The translations under genes were made by a program, and so were the position numbers. The notes below the pieces were generated by a model. It had not been told where the DNA came from. It did no database searches and worked only from the letters and a program-made list of their open reading frames with translations. Below, piece by piece: positions 9,971 to 21,565 of a stretch of DNA of 64,000 nt. Numbering within the stretch: position 1 is the first letter of the stretch; each line of letters opens with the position of its first letter. The DNA is from Schmidtea polychroa (lineage: Eukaryota), in the NCBI GenBank assembly GCA_044892525.1, contig CM097885.1, forward strand, positions 20,646,001 through 20,710,000, read 5' to 3'.

Positions 9971-10957
9971 ATGAGAAGCGTAATCGTGGTGATAATTATA
10001 ATGACAATGCCAAGAATCCTGCATGCTGAAGAATCAATGATCAGATGCCAGAAAGAATACCCATACCGTAGAGAAGATAGCACCTGTAGTAGCTTTAAAT
10101 CGATCTGCGAAAAACCCAATGAGGAATGCGAACAAATCAAGTTACAATGTTCGCAATGTCCACAAACAACCGAAAGTTCGACGGAAATGCAAATGGCTCA
10201 GACAATAAAAACAATATTAGAACAAGAAATGAAAGTTATCAGAACCCAGATAACAACATTAGCCAAACAATGTCAAAGTCAGAAATCAAAGAGAGAATCC
10301 CAAACAGATCCAGCCGCAATGAGAATGATGATAAAAATATTAGAGGGGATAAAACAACAAGTAGTAACAGCTACCAATGGACGTTCAAGTAATTACGAAA
10401 TGGTAGTGAAATCTTTAAAGGAAATGAAAGGAAAAATAACTTCCATCATCAAAGAGGAACCCAGCATTAAAAATGAGGTAACGAAAACCTTGAAAGAAAT
10501 GACAAGGGAAATCTTAACGACCATAAACAAAAACCCAATGAACTCCGAGAAGATGATTAAAACCCTGGAGGAAATAAAGAAAGTTGTCACCTCGGAAGAA
10601 AACAAATTCAACAAACCCGAAAAATCAGAGATTATAGATACAACCCAATTGGGAGAAATCGTAAACAAACCCAAAGTAATAGAACCGAGAGAGTCTGAAT
10701 CTCTCACAATATTGATCCTATTAGCGGCGAGCCTAATGATAAACATCACCGTACTGAGCCTGATTGCACTCAAACCCAATTCCAGTAAAGAAAGAAACAA
10801 AACCCTCAAACTAAAAGAACAATCAAGAAGTATTCGTATCCCAATGGAAGAACAGCTAATCCAAACAACGAACCAACCAAGATACTTCAAATCTTCCCCA
10901 AACATTGAAACCAGAGCCGTCATCGAGACGAGATCCCGAACAACAGAGTTCTATTAA
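9971..10957 (+). CDS. Type I membrane protein: signal peptide, Cys-rich N-terminus, helical repeats, TM helix, ~60 aa cytoplasmic tail
   Basis: MRSVIVVIIIMTMPRILHA signal; 6-7 Cys; repeats such as MMIKILEGIK / MVVKSLKEMK / VTKTLKEMT / MIKTLEEIK; TM LTILILLAASLMINITVLSLIAL. Confidence 0.8.
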   Translation: MRSVIVVIIIMTMPRILHAEESMIRCQKEYPYRREDSTCSSFKSICEKPNEECEQIKLQCSQCPQTTESSTEMQMAQTIKTILEQEMKVIRTQITTLAKQCQSQKSKRESQTDPAAMRMMIKILEGIKQQVVTATNGRSSNYEMVVKSLKEMKGKITSIIKEEPSIKNEVTKTLKEMTREILTTINKNPMNSEKMIKTLEEIKKVVTSEENKFNKPEKSEIIDTTQLGEIVNKPKVIEPRESESLTILILLAASLMINITVLSLIALKPNSSKERNKTLKLKEQSRSIRIPMEEQLIQTTNQPRYFKSSPNIETRAVIETRSRTTEFY

Positions 10958-11038
10958 TGTGACATCATGACAGTATAAACATTTCAGGACATTATAAAAC
11001 ATTATCAAACAATCGCGATTTCAAAGACGGAGACTGAT

Positions 11039-11984
11039 TGTGACTAATAACATTGATTCTTGAGCATGATAATTTTATTTTATGTGGACCGACCTCGGTC
11101 GTTCTTTTTCTTCATCTTTCAACCCATCTGTAAAATGTAGTGTAATAGTAGCATTTTTATGTATGTGGGTATTGAGGTCACGACCCTGTAGCTCGTGGAC
11201 CCAATTTGCATGTAGGCACTTGTAATATAGTGCAAGTATTCTGAAAATTAATCTTGTTCATCTTCTGATTTAAATTGCGGGTCGCAATTTTATGGGCCCC
11301 CGAGTGTTTTATGTTGGGCTAGAACTGAATTCTAGACCCAAAATACACATTGTGACTGAAATGTGTAGGTACACAGCAAGTAAAAAAGCACCAAGTATAA
11401 TTAAATATTAAAACCTACACCAAATAAACAATGGTAATTAAACAGAGAAAACAACAAGAATAATAAACACACAAATTAAATAAAATTATACAAAAGCAAG
11501 AAGTTATGCAAAATCTAACTCAAAAATAACCAAATAGACATAGAATTACCAAAAGCAAACTCGAATAACTTAAAAGATGGTAAAAACAGTAAAAAATTCC
11601 AGAAAAACCCAGAACATTCCATTAAAATGGCGATGACCATCACAAAAGCCATAAAAGTTAGAGAAAATAAATAAATTAGTATTAAAAATAATAAATCTTA
11701 AAAAGAAATTCATAAAACACCAGGTGGAATAAAAATTAAATTAAAAGTAAAATAGAATGTTCTGGAACCGTTCCAAATCCATCATGGACGTCAAATTAAC
11801 GAAAAATAATTAAAAAATAAAATTTTAAAAATAAAAACAAAAATTATGGCATAAAAATTGCCATTAAAAATATCGAAATTACAAAATAGAAAATTCTGGA
11901 ATAAAAAGAATTCGAGTTTGTTTTAATGCATCAATACATACACGTGTACAAAATAGGTATATATACTGACACGTTTCAGTCACA
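11039..11984 (+). repeat. Candidate 3' LTR (or its start) of the giant Gypsy element; contains a 17-bp inverted-repeat-bounded sub-segment 11350-11985
   Basis: TGTGAC follows a PPT-like run, and GTCACA occurs at 11979-11984. TTGTGACTGAAATGTGT (11350-11366) matches the reverse complement of 11969-11985 at 16/17. No second LTR is in the window to confirm. Confidence 0.4.
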
Positions 11985-13199
11985 AATCAGCACTTTTTGC
12001 CAATAAATTTTTGTTCAAAGAAAATTTTGTCCAGGAAACTAGCAGTAAGTAGTTTTCCTTTTTGGTATTTATTATTTTTTTCATTAATATTGGTATTTTT
12101 ATGTTTTAAATGTAAAATTATTTTAATGAATTTAATTGATCTTAACCTTTCATCTAACTTAGTTTTACCTTTTTGACTAATCAGCGACATCTTAGTGCGT
12201 CGCTATTTAGTCCTGCATTTAACATTGATTTTAAATGACAATTCACAGGCAGACAAGCAATATATTTTATATAAAATTTTTTTTTGTTTGGTCATCGGAG
12301 GTCGGCCACTTCATGGTTCTACTATGGAGTTGTGTCGGTAAAACCCCTCCGCTATGGCTCCATATATTTATTTATCGGTCGACAGCGATGTTTCGACCCA
12401 ACATTACAATAGGGCTTGTCGTAGCGGTCACAGTGGGGCCGTGTAAGCAATCATTCTTCCCGAGTTCCAATGCAGCACATATTTAAAATCAACATTAAAA
12501 ATCTCATACATTACTTCACACTAAGGTCATAATTGAGTAGATCTCAGACCCAAATTAAACACAGCAATTACAATTCAGTTAATGTAGTCGGTTAAGACCT
12601 CTCCACTTATGCGTCTGTCGAACATCGTTAGTAAATAAAAATTTTTTTTAAAGATGTGAGGATTTTGCTCGGATCTGATTATGATGATAGCATCTCGAAG
12701 TTCGACAAGCGTAAAGGATGGAATAGATTCAATTAAGTATAAAACCCCCAGCGAGTAGTATATATCCTGATCTCAGGATTAAAAGATAGTATTGCCAATA
12801 CCCAAATCAATCAGGAGTTAGGGTTATATTATAACTTCTTTTATTTTTCATTTATAAATCAATATCAATGAAGCATTATTATTTTAGAAAATGTAATATC
12901 ACCAATTATAAACTATTATCGATAAAACCTTTTCAATTTGTAAATAAAACTTTTTATGTAGATGTCTATTCAACTATAAACTTATGTCTATTCAACTGTA
13001 AAGCTATATTAACAACTATAACATAGATATGCGTGATCCTAACTTACTATTCAATTCATCCCTCAATTAGGAATTACAATCGAGAAACTCGTATAAAATT
13101 GTAAATGATCTTATCGATAAAGGATAAATCTTACTTGAGTTTATATACTAGGTCTAAACTAAGAGTCTCCCGCAATCGTTTAACTATGAGTGTATACTT

Positions 13200-14021
13200 G
13201 TTAGCTTATATATAAAACATGGATTAAAGGTATAATCTGATCGTTAAACTACTAAATATATATTGGTTAAATTATAAAAGGTGATTATAATTATGTATAT
13301 AATATAAGTCAAAAATATGCTCTAATCATTAAACCATAAGATGAAGATTAGTTAAATTATAAATTATGACTATAAACTGTATATAAAATCTAAATCAAAA
13401 ATATACTAAACTATAAAGTACCTATTAGATAAAAATATAACTACAAATTATTTATAAAAAATGATATATATAAATTATAAAATAGAATTATAACTTGTAT
13501 AGAAAGTATAAATTAAAAGTATATTCTGATCATGAATTCTAAATTATATCATAAAAGATAGTATATATATAGTTATGTATTAATTATATGAGTAGCTAAA
13601 ATAGAATTATAACTGGTATAGAAAGTATAAATTAAAGGTATATTCTGATCATGAATTCTAAATTATATCATAAAATATAGTATATATATAGTTATGTATT
13701 AATTATATGAGTAGGTTATTCCTAAAAACCCAAACTACAACTAATTATAGATAAAATTTCAATTACCAGAATATAAACTGTAATTAATTATATATAAACA
13801 TTGAGCGTAAATTATAAAGTACAATTCATTATATATGAAACTTATCGGTGTATTATTCCTAAATAGGTAAATTATGAATAAATTTTGGTTACAAAATATA
13901 AATTATAACTAATTATATATTTTGATTATGAAGTACAAAGTGTAAATAATTAGGTAGATTATATAAATATATGGCTCTTAAAAATTTAAATTATAAACGG
14001 TGTAAATTATAAATCATGATA

Positions 14022-14060
<39 letters not shown>
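13200..14060. repeat. AT-rich degenerate TATAAATTATA-type array with a ~107 bp direct duplication, ending in a (TA)n microsatellite
   Basis: Recurrent AAATATAAATTATA units; a near-identical block at ~13479-13590 and ~13598-13710; (TA)n at ~14024-14056. Confidence 0.75.
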
Positions 14061-14061
<1 letters not shown>

Positions 14062-15436
14062 ATATAAATTATCTAGGTATTCCAAAAGATAGTTATAGAT
14101 GAATATTAGTTACAGCAGTAAATGATTACACTCAATTTCCGAGCTTTAAAAAGCTCAATTATAGATAGTCGTATTGCGAACCATTATATACATATTACGA
14201 ATGGTAAAGATCCCTGCAAAATGGTAATATAGCAATCCGAGATATAAATCTGGAAAATGACAAGTACCTATAAGATGCGGTCAAAATTTGTTCTACCTCT
14301 GAATCAGGTATTATAATATGACATTCTAAATCACGGGTGTTAAGGTTTCAACACCCGACAATGTTTTAGCTATTTATACCTCTATTGACTATCAAAATGA
14401 TTATGGGAGTAAAAATCAGTTGTTAAATTATTTCGCACACAAAGTAGAGATTGACCTACAATGTTCCAGTGGTGGCCTGTTTAAAAGTGACCTGAGACTC
14501 GGATCTTCCAAAAATCTTAGCATGATCGCTCCAGGAATAGGGTTTCTAGAAACCGGTGTCGTTCAAGCATAACCTATAAAATCACATCAATAAGGTAATG
14601 ACAAAGGATACCCTAAGCTCTTATAGAATCAATGGTGACGATACAACGTATGAGTGGAATATGGTCTATAAATTAATAGACAACTTACTAAATTCCCATA
14701 AAGCAAAATTCCAAAAACGCCGACGAGAATTGAGGGCAGGTTAACGTTGAAAATCAAAGAAACTTTCCATAGGAGACAGGTCGGAATCATGACCCACTTT
14801 CATGTCAAAACCTGAAAGCGCATATACCTGAATTGCTAAAGTTGTTATGAATATATTAGCAGTATGCACCCCTCGAACGACTTCACCAACGAAGGAGCAT
14901 TGGAACCCAGTTCCACAATAAACCCGTTCGCCAGCGAAATCTTTCTCTAGGGCTAATTACATCAAAATAGCATAAGCTGAATCATAACAATCCAGCCTAA
15001 ATATAATTGCAAATAGAATATATGCCACGATGTAAATAATTATGTAATAATGTTAATTCAATAAAACAACCAGATTTCTGTTTTAATTTTTTCTAATAAA
15101 AGTTAACCAAACCAAAAATTCGACGATTTGGGAACAACCACGAGCAAAATATAAATTTTCGGGGTACAATATTTCTCTTTGTGGTTACTTACTGCACAGG
15201 TAATAATTCGTTAGGATGTTTTCTTCCGATGTTTCTAGGTTGAGGCTATAGGGTGATGATAAGTAACGACTCCCCATTTTTGCTATAAATTTGTCATCTA
15301 ATTCACGACAAGGCACACTATCATCAGTAGGGAGTAACTATTCGCTCGAATCACGGCTTTACGTCTTAGTAGAATGATAAAAAAGATGAAATTTCAAGAA
15401 GAAAATCAGCATTAACCATTTTCATTTAATCATAGA

Positions 15437-15799
15437 ACGTCGCAAGCAAGTGGTCCCGACGAAGCGGAATATAGGCAAATGATAACGCGGCTCCGGACCC
15501 GGTACATCTGGTACCGGATCCACGATTGGAATCGGGGGTTGGACCTAGATAATTATGGTCCGGTCATTCGGAGTGGCCCAGAGCCCGATGCCCCGGCGTG
15601 GGTGAAAGTAGAGCCCACTAACAACGTGCTCCGGGAAGCCCGCGATCGAGCGGCCGATGAGGTAGTAGAGGCCCAAAAGCGGCTGAGGAGACTCGAGCTC
15701 CAACTCAAGGCCGAAACGTTGGGGATAGCTCTTGAAGAGCTGGAGGAGACCGATGCCCCTCCACGAAAACGGGGGAGGCCCCGCAAGAACCCGGCCTAA
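15437..15799 (+). CDS. AT-hook protein, copy 1 (start codon ATG>ACG relative to copy 2; next Met at 15479)
   Basis: C-terminal PRKRGRPRK AT-hook motif, acidic patch and short coiled coil; close paralogue of 19609-19971. Confidence 0.65.
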   Translation, partial: TSQASGPDEAEYRQMITRLRTRYIWYRIHDWNRGLDLDNYGPVIRSGPEPDAPAWVKVEPTNNVLREARDRAADEVVEAQKRLRRLELQLKAETLGIALEELEETDAPPRKRGRPRKNPA

Positions 15800-16089
15800 C
15801 TTATCGACAACCGCGGCCTGAATAAAACGATTTTTACTGATCTTATTTAGTGATATTTTAGTAACATAACGAATTGTATTTCTCTTTTGTTTATCAAACA
15901 TAATCTATCGTGTAGTAATGCAATAAATTATATTTTTTTTTATTTATACTTTGGGCTTTACAGCTAATGGGGCGTATTCATAATTGAGGTGACCCTTTTC
16001 TCATCACCCACTTATAAATTCCATGCATGTACTCTAACCAACTTTGCGCACCAGAAGGCGAATGAGGGGATTTATTATTATTTTCTTCA

Positions 16090-16575
16090 GTGTACCAGTT
16101 ATTGGAAAACCTACGAAAGGACCGCGAACAGGCCCAGCAACAATCCGAGGGTCTCCGAGGTCGGATCGAAAAACTCAAGCTGAAGTATCGAGAACTCCAA
16201 GGTACCTGGTTCAGCCCAGCCGAGATGAAAAAACAGAAGACCCACATCTCGCAAATCCAGACCCAGGCAGAGCAAGACCAACTCGAGATTCGGGCGTTGA
16301 AACTACAAGTACGCTCTCTCGAAAGCAAATTGAATGAAAACCTCATACAAGACGCCCTCCAAGAGCAGATCCGCCCTCTCCAGGTGGAGCTAGCCAGAAT
16401 ATACCCACCAGCCCCGACAGGCAAGCCGAAACGTAAACGGCTCGGGCGGAATACCCGCGACAAATTGAAAAGGGCCTGGCTGGCCGAGCAGGAGAAGTTG
16501 AAAGAGGCTGGGGCCAATCCACGTTCCCAAAAGACGTTCGAGAATGCGACCCTCCTGAATAAACCAACTCTGTAA
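16090..16575 (+). CDS. Coiled-coil protein with basic NLS-like motif, copy 1 (probably a spliced 3' exon)
   Basis: Begins at the acceptor TTTTCTTCAG; KPKRKRLGRN motif; paralogue of 20297-20736. Confidence 0.6.
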   Translation: MYQLLENLRKDREQAQQQSEGLRGRIEKLKLKYRELQGTWFSPAEMKKQKTHISQIQTQAEQDQLEIRALKLQVRSLESKLNENLIQDALQEQIRPLQVELARIYPPAPTGKPKRKRLGRNTRDKLKRAWLAEQEKLKEAGANPRSQKTFENATLLNKPTL

Positions 16576-17199
16576 AACAGTAGTGATTTAATAAATGATT
16601 CTGGTTGTGTAATAAATATATGATCGAACTTTACGTTGACTTAAACCAAAAGGATTGGTAGAAAAGCGTGTGGGAAAACAATCTCGACGAGGGACCAAAA
16701 CAAATCGGACACGTGCCTCCTATCGGCGTCCGTGAACCCATCGAGTACTCGACAATTATAGTGCCTCGATGCGCTCACTTTTTGCGAGTACTCAACCCTT
16801 GGTACAGTACCAACGTTGATTGCTCAACGGGTACCAAGCGGAAAAACAATGTTGTATTCTGGGTTACGCTGGTAACAGCACTTAAACATTCAACCACCAG
16901 TAACCCACCAATATAATGCTTTACCAAGTTGTATAAGTATAACTCATAGACATACAATCATAAAACATAATCGATTTTAAATCTAGCATTCTCAGATTCC
17001 GAGTTAAAATCATAATTTATAAATGTATATAATCTTACTTTATAGCCTTATGCTTTATCTAGTATATACTTCCCTAATGCCTAAACTGGAAACTATAATT
17101 ATATCAGCTAAGAAATCTAGATTAAAAACTATAATTTTTTATAGAACGTGCAAATATCTCAGCCTAAAAATATAACTTATAAAGACTCGAATTATAAAA

Positions 17200-18200
17200 T
17201 ATAATCTTATGCTAATTTTGAAATCTGACTTATAAATATGAGAGGCTATGTATAGATTATATATGTATGATGATAATAAAAAATAAGCCCTAAACCCAAA
17301 ATACGACATATAAATGGTAACTGTATCTCGATTATTAAGTATAAATTATAAATGGTTATATATAAATTATAAATGTATCTTAATTATAAAAATACAATCT
17401 AAAAATAATTATACATAAAATTTCAATTATAGAAATATAATTTATAAATAGTTATATGTAAATTATTAAAATATAATCTATAAAGAATTATACCTAAAAT
17501 TTTATAAAAATATAATTTATCAATAGTTATATACAAATCTGAATTTAAAAATATAAAGTATAAATGGTTATATGTAAATTATCAATGTATCTTAATTATA
17601 AAATACGATCTACAAATGGTTATACATAAAATTTTGGCTATGAAAATATAATTTCTAAATAGTTATGTATAAATTTGGATTTAAGAATATAAATTATAAA
17701 TAGTTACATATAATTATATATATACATGGACCTTAAAAATATAAACTATAAATAGTTAGGGATACACTTTACTTACAAAACTATAAATTATAAATAATTA
17801 TAAAAAAATTTTGATTACAAAATATAAAGTATAAATAGTTATATATAAATTATATACGCATATTGACCATAAAAATATAATCTATATATAGTTACGAATA
17901 AATTTTACTTACAAAAATATAAATTATAAATAATTATATAAAAATATAATTTATAACTAGTAATATATAAATTATAATTGTAGTTTGACTATAAAATACT
18001 AATTATAAACAGTCATATATAACTTCTGATCTTAAAAGGCACGAATTCTAGATAGTTATATAAAGTTACAAATGCAACTAGATTATAAAATAAAAACCAT
18101 AAATAATTATATTTAAATTATGAACGGATCTGGGTTATCGAAATATATATCATAAATAGTACTATAAAATTATGTGTAAGGATGTTAATTATAAGTTTGT
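17200..18200. repeat. Second AT-rich TATAAATTATAAATAGTTAT degenerate tandem array
   Basis: Many imperfect ~40-60 bp units of AAAATATAAATTATAAATAGTTAT. Confidence 0.75.
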
Positions 18201-19608
18201 ATTTTGACTGGAACCTACTTTAAAACTACCTAAATTATGAACTGGGGTTTTGTATTTCTCTTCAGAATATAATCCATAATTACCTATATTATAAACTTCA
18301 TCTATCAATTAAGGATAAATTATAATCCATAAATAAGTGCTGTTCCTGAAACGCAAAAAATTTATTTGAGGATATCATTGTATACTAGCTTAACCTCGCA
18401 AAATAAGTATTAGCATTTGTTATTATTAATTATAATTAAGATCATCACTAGCACTGTTATTATTATCACTATCGTTCCCAAGTTATTACGATCAAGGCTA
18501 ACATCAGCGCTATCGTGCCGAGAATGGGTAGGGTGGTCGGCAAAATTACTAATATTATCATCGCTGGTAACATTTTCCCCTTAACCTGGTTACCGTTTCT
18601 TCATTCCATAATTACCGTTATCCTGAATATCATCATAATTCCCCTTACTGTATCCACAAATTAGTCGCAATAATTGTTAATATAAAATCAGATTTGCACC
18701 ACAAAATTTAGCTTACGTTGAAAAATGGAAAATTACATATCCAAGCATTCAGTGCACGAGTATAGAAATAAAAATTCCAACCCAAACACGCAGCCATGAG
18801 TAAGCTAATAGTCTTCTTTAGGAGGAAACCAACAGGGAGAACGCCACCGATGCGAACTCGGCATTGGAATTTCATGTAAAGATGGGTATAAATCCACGAT
18901 TCCGGGTAAGCTATGAGGCATTTGTGATTCCAACATCGCCGTAGCGTTTATATTAATATTCGTCCGGAAATGGACCAAACAACCTAAACTTCGTATAAAA
19001 ACAAAAAGAAATGGTTACACTGAATATGACAACCCGGTCTAAGTGAGGATGAGGTGGGAAACTAGGTTCCAACAGCTCACCCAGCACCGACGGAGCTGGT
19101 TGATTCAGTAGTTAAATAATTAGTATAAAATAGAAATATTATGTCGATGACATAACAAAAATTAAAAATAAGCCATGGAATTTTCAATAATTAAGACAGA
19201 TAAACAAAGTGCAAATTTTTAAAAATATAAAAGTTGATTTTCTGTAATTAACACGGTCAAATAGGGTTTAGTTTTTAGAAACTAATTTTTTTTTATTTAG
19301 TAAACGTGTTTAACTGTGAATTTGGTAGAGTATTTGCGGTACTGATTTAACAGTGGAAAAGGAAAATTTTTAATTTATAAATTACATAACGGATTTATAA
19401 CCGAGATTTAAATCAATATATGCTTAATTTTGCAAAATCCATAATTTCCCCACAATCTATAACGCAGATTATGATAAGACGATCCACAAATTGACCCACT
19501 CATCATCTTTGCGACTTAGTCGAATGGATAAATCATAGAAACGAAATTCCGAATCTACCAAAAAATTGACACTAATATCTCCTTTAATCGGGCTTATTTA
19601 ATAACAGA

Positions 19609-19971
19609 ATGTCTCAAACAAGTGGACCCGACGAAGCGGAATACAGGCAGATGATCACGCGGCTCCGGACCCGGTACATCTGGTACCGGATTCATGATTG
19701 GAACAAGGGGCTAGACCTGAATAATTATGGCCCGGTCATCCGAAGTGGCCCAGAGCCCGATGCCCCGGCGTGGGTGAAAGCAGACCCCACTAACAATCTG
19801 CTACGAGAAGCCCGCGATCGAGCGGCTATCGAGGTAGAAGCTGCCCAGATGCGGCTGAAGAAAATCGAGCTCCAGCTCAGAGCCGAGGCAGAGGGAGTAA
19901 CCCTCGAAGAGCTGGAAGAGATAGATACCCCTCCACGAAAACGAGGGAGGCCCCGTAAGAACCCTGCCTAA
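19609..19971 (+). CDS. AT-hook protein, copy 2 (120 aa, intact)
   Basis: ACAG|AATG start; PRKRGRPRK at the C-terminus. Confidence 0.7.
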   Translation: MSQTSGPDEAEYRQMITRLRTRYIWYRIHDWNKGLDLNNYGPVIRSGPEPDAPAWVKADPTNNLLREARDRAAIEVEAAQMRLKKIELQLRAEAEGVTLEELEEIDTPPRKRGRPRKNPA

Positions 19972-20296
19972 TCCGCCGGCAGTGGTAACTGGAACAAAAC
20001 TATTTGACTAATTTGATCCAATGATATTGTGTTTGCGTTTGACTTAATTAGTAGCTAGTATGGTAAATTGTAGAATTTTTTTTGTATTTAAATTTTTGAC
20101 ATTATAGTTTGTCATGTGTCTTCTTCATATAATAAATTATCTTTCGGTTATTACATTTGGGCCTTATAACTTATGGGGTGTCTCCAGGATTGAGGTGGCC
20201 CTCCCCATCCTTCATCTATTAATTTTATGCAATTAATCGAATCACCTTTACCCACATGGAAGCGAGCGATGAAATTTTATTATTGTTTTCCTTCAG

Positions 20297-20736
20297 TGTA
20301 CAAATTACTCGAAAATCTACGCAAGGACCGCGAACAGGCCCAGCAACAGGCCGAAGACCTCCAAAGTCGGGTCGAGAAGCTCAAAGTCAAGTGCCGAGAA
20401 CTCGAAGGTACTTGGTTCAGTCCGGCTGAGATGAAGAAACGAATAACACACATCTCGCAACTCCAGACCCAGGCGGAGCAGGATCAACTCGAAATCCGAG
20501 CACTGAAGTTACAAGTGCGCACGCTCGAGAGTAGATTGAACGAAAGGTTCATCCAGGACACTCTCCGAGAGCAGATTCGTCCACTTCCCGTGCAGCTGGC
20601 CAAAATATACCCACCAGCTCAGGCAAGCAAGCCAAAACGTAAACGACTAGGGCGGAATACACGAGAAAAATTGAAAAGGGCCTGGCTGGTCGAGCAGGAA
20701 AAATCGAAAGAGTCTGCAGCCACTCCACGATCCTGA
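20297..20736 (+). CDS. Coiled-coil protein with basic NLS-like motif, copy 2
   Basis: The acceptor TTTTCCTTCAG lies at the same position as in copy 1. Many silent third-position differences separate the two copies. Confidence 0.6.
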
Positions 20737-21565
20737 GGAATGTTTGAGAGTGCGACCCTCCTGGGTGAAACCGACATTGTGATATTGTAGTATTTAAATA
20801 AATAGTTTCATTGTCTGATGGGTATGTGATTAAATTTTGTGATTGTCCAGAGCAAGACGGTTGACAGAAAAGAGTTTGGGAAAGCAATCTCGATAAGGGA
20901 CCGAAATAAATCGGACACATGCCTTCTATCGGCCGTCCGTGAACCCATGGAGTGCTCGACAATTATAGTGCTCTCAACGCGCTCACTTTTTGCGAGTACT
21001 CAACCCCTTGGTACAGCACCAACGTTGATTACTCAACGGGTACCAAGTGGAAAATAATGTTGCATGCTGGGTTACGCTGGTAACAGCACTAAACAATAAT
21101 TATTCGACCACCTGCAACCCACCACTATTATTATTTTGAATATTATAAATGACAATAGTAGTCATCCACGCTAGTAATTTGGTTTTAATTAGTTATTTGT
21201 AGTGCACCCTATGTAGAAGTTTAGACAGACGTCGCGCGCTCTAAAGCCAAAGCGATCCCACAAACCGAAAGAGCCGAAGTATTACTTCGTGAATGCAGGA
21301 GAATAGAGTCGACATGGTCCATATCAGATTATTAAGCACTTTTTCGAAATACGGTCTTAATATAGAATGAATTTTTCTAAATAAAATCTTTATATTAATT
21401 AACTTATTAGGTGTAAAAATCAGCTTAATAAAACTGGAGCTAATTAACTTCTATAAGAATTTAACAAGTAAATTTATATTAAATGAAATATTTCCGTTTA
21501 TGATATATAATTATACTTGTTTAAATATTGTGTTTTCACATTTTTCAAAATCCGTTTCGTCAAGT

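Larger units (their letters stand above)
1..11984 (+). mobile_element. Giant Ty3/Gypsy LTR retrotransposon, 3' portion; gag/PR/RT lie upstream of the window. Carries multiple cargo ORFs
   Basis: The window opens in a Gypsy integrase. Seven same-strand ORFs follow with a uniform A-rich sense strand and 76-140 bp spacers. A PPT-like purine run (AAAGACGGAG, ~11023-11032) precedes TGTGAC at 11039. The right boundary is uncertain. Confidence 0.85.

Noticed and set aside
1073-10923. Many minus-strand ORFs rich in F/L/S/V opposite the Gypsy cargo genes
   Set aside because: They are antisense shadows of the A-rich coding strand; no motifs.
12226-12492. 12-bp inverted repeat TTGATTTTAAAT bounding a GC-richer ~270 bp segment
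   Set aside because: Short and AT-rich with no TSD; could be a MITE but cannot be supported.
14640-19110. Possible minus-strand ORF shared by the two duplicated units (~14640-14960 and ~18770-19110)
   Set aside because: Similarity is too weak and frames contain stops.
16690-21095. Hammerhead or HDV ribozyme in the conserved hairpin blocks
   Set aside because: No CUGAUGA/GAAA core or HDV pseudoknot could be identified by eye.
21266-21330. GAAGTA-T-TACTTC hairpin and CATATCA as a possible Helitron or LTR end
   Set aside because: No CTRR terminus and no matching 5' end; may simply be ABCF1 promoter sequence.
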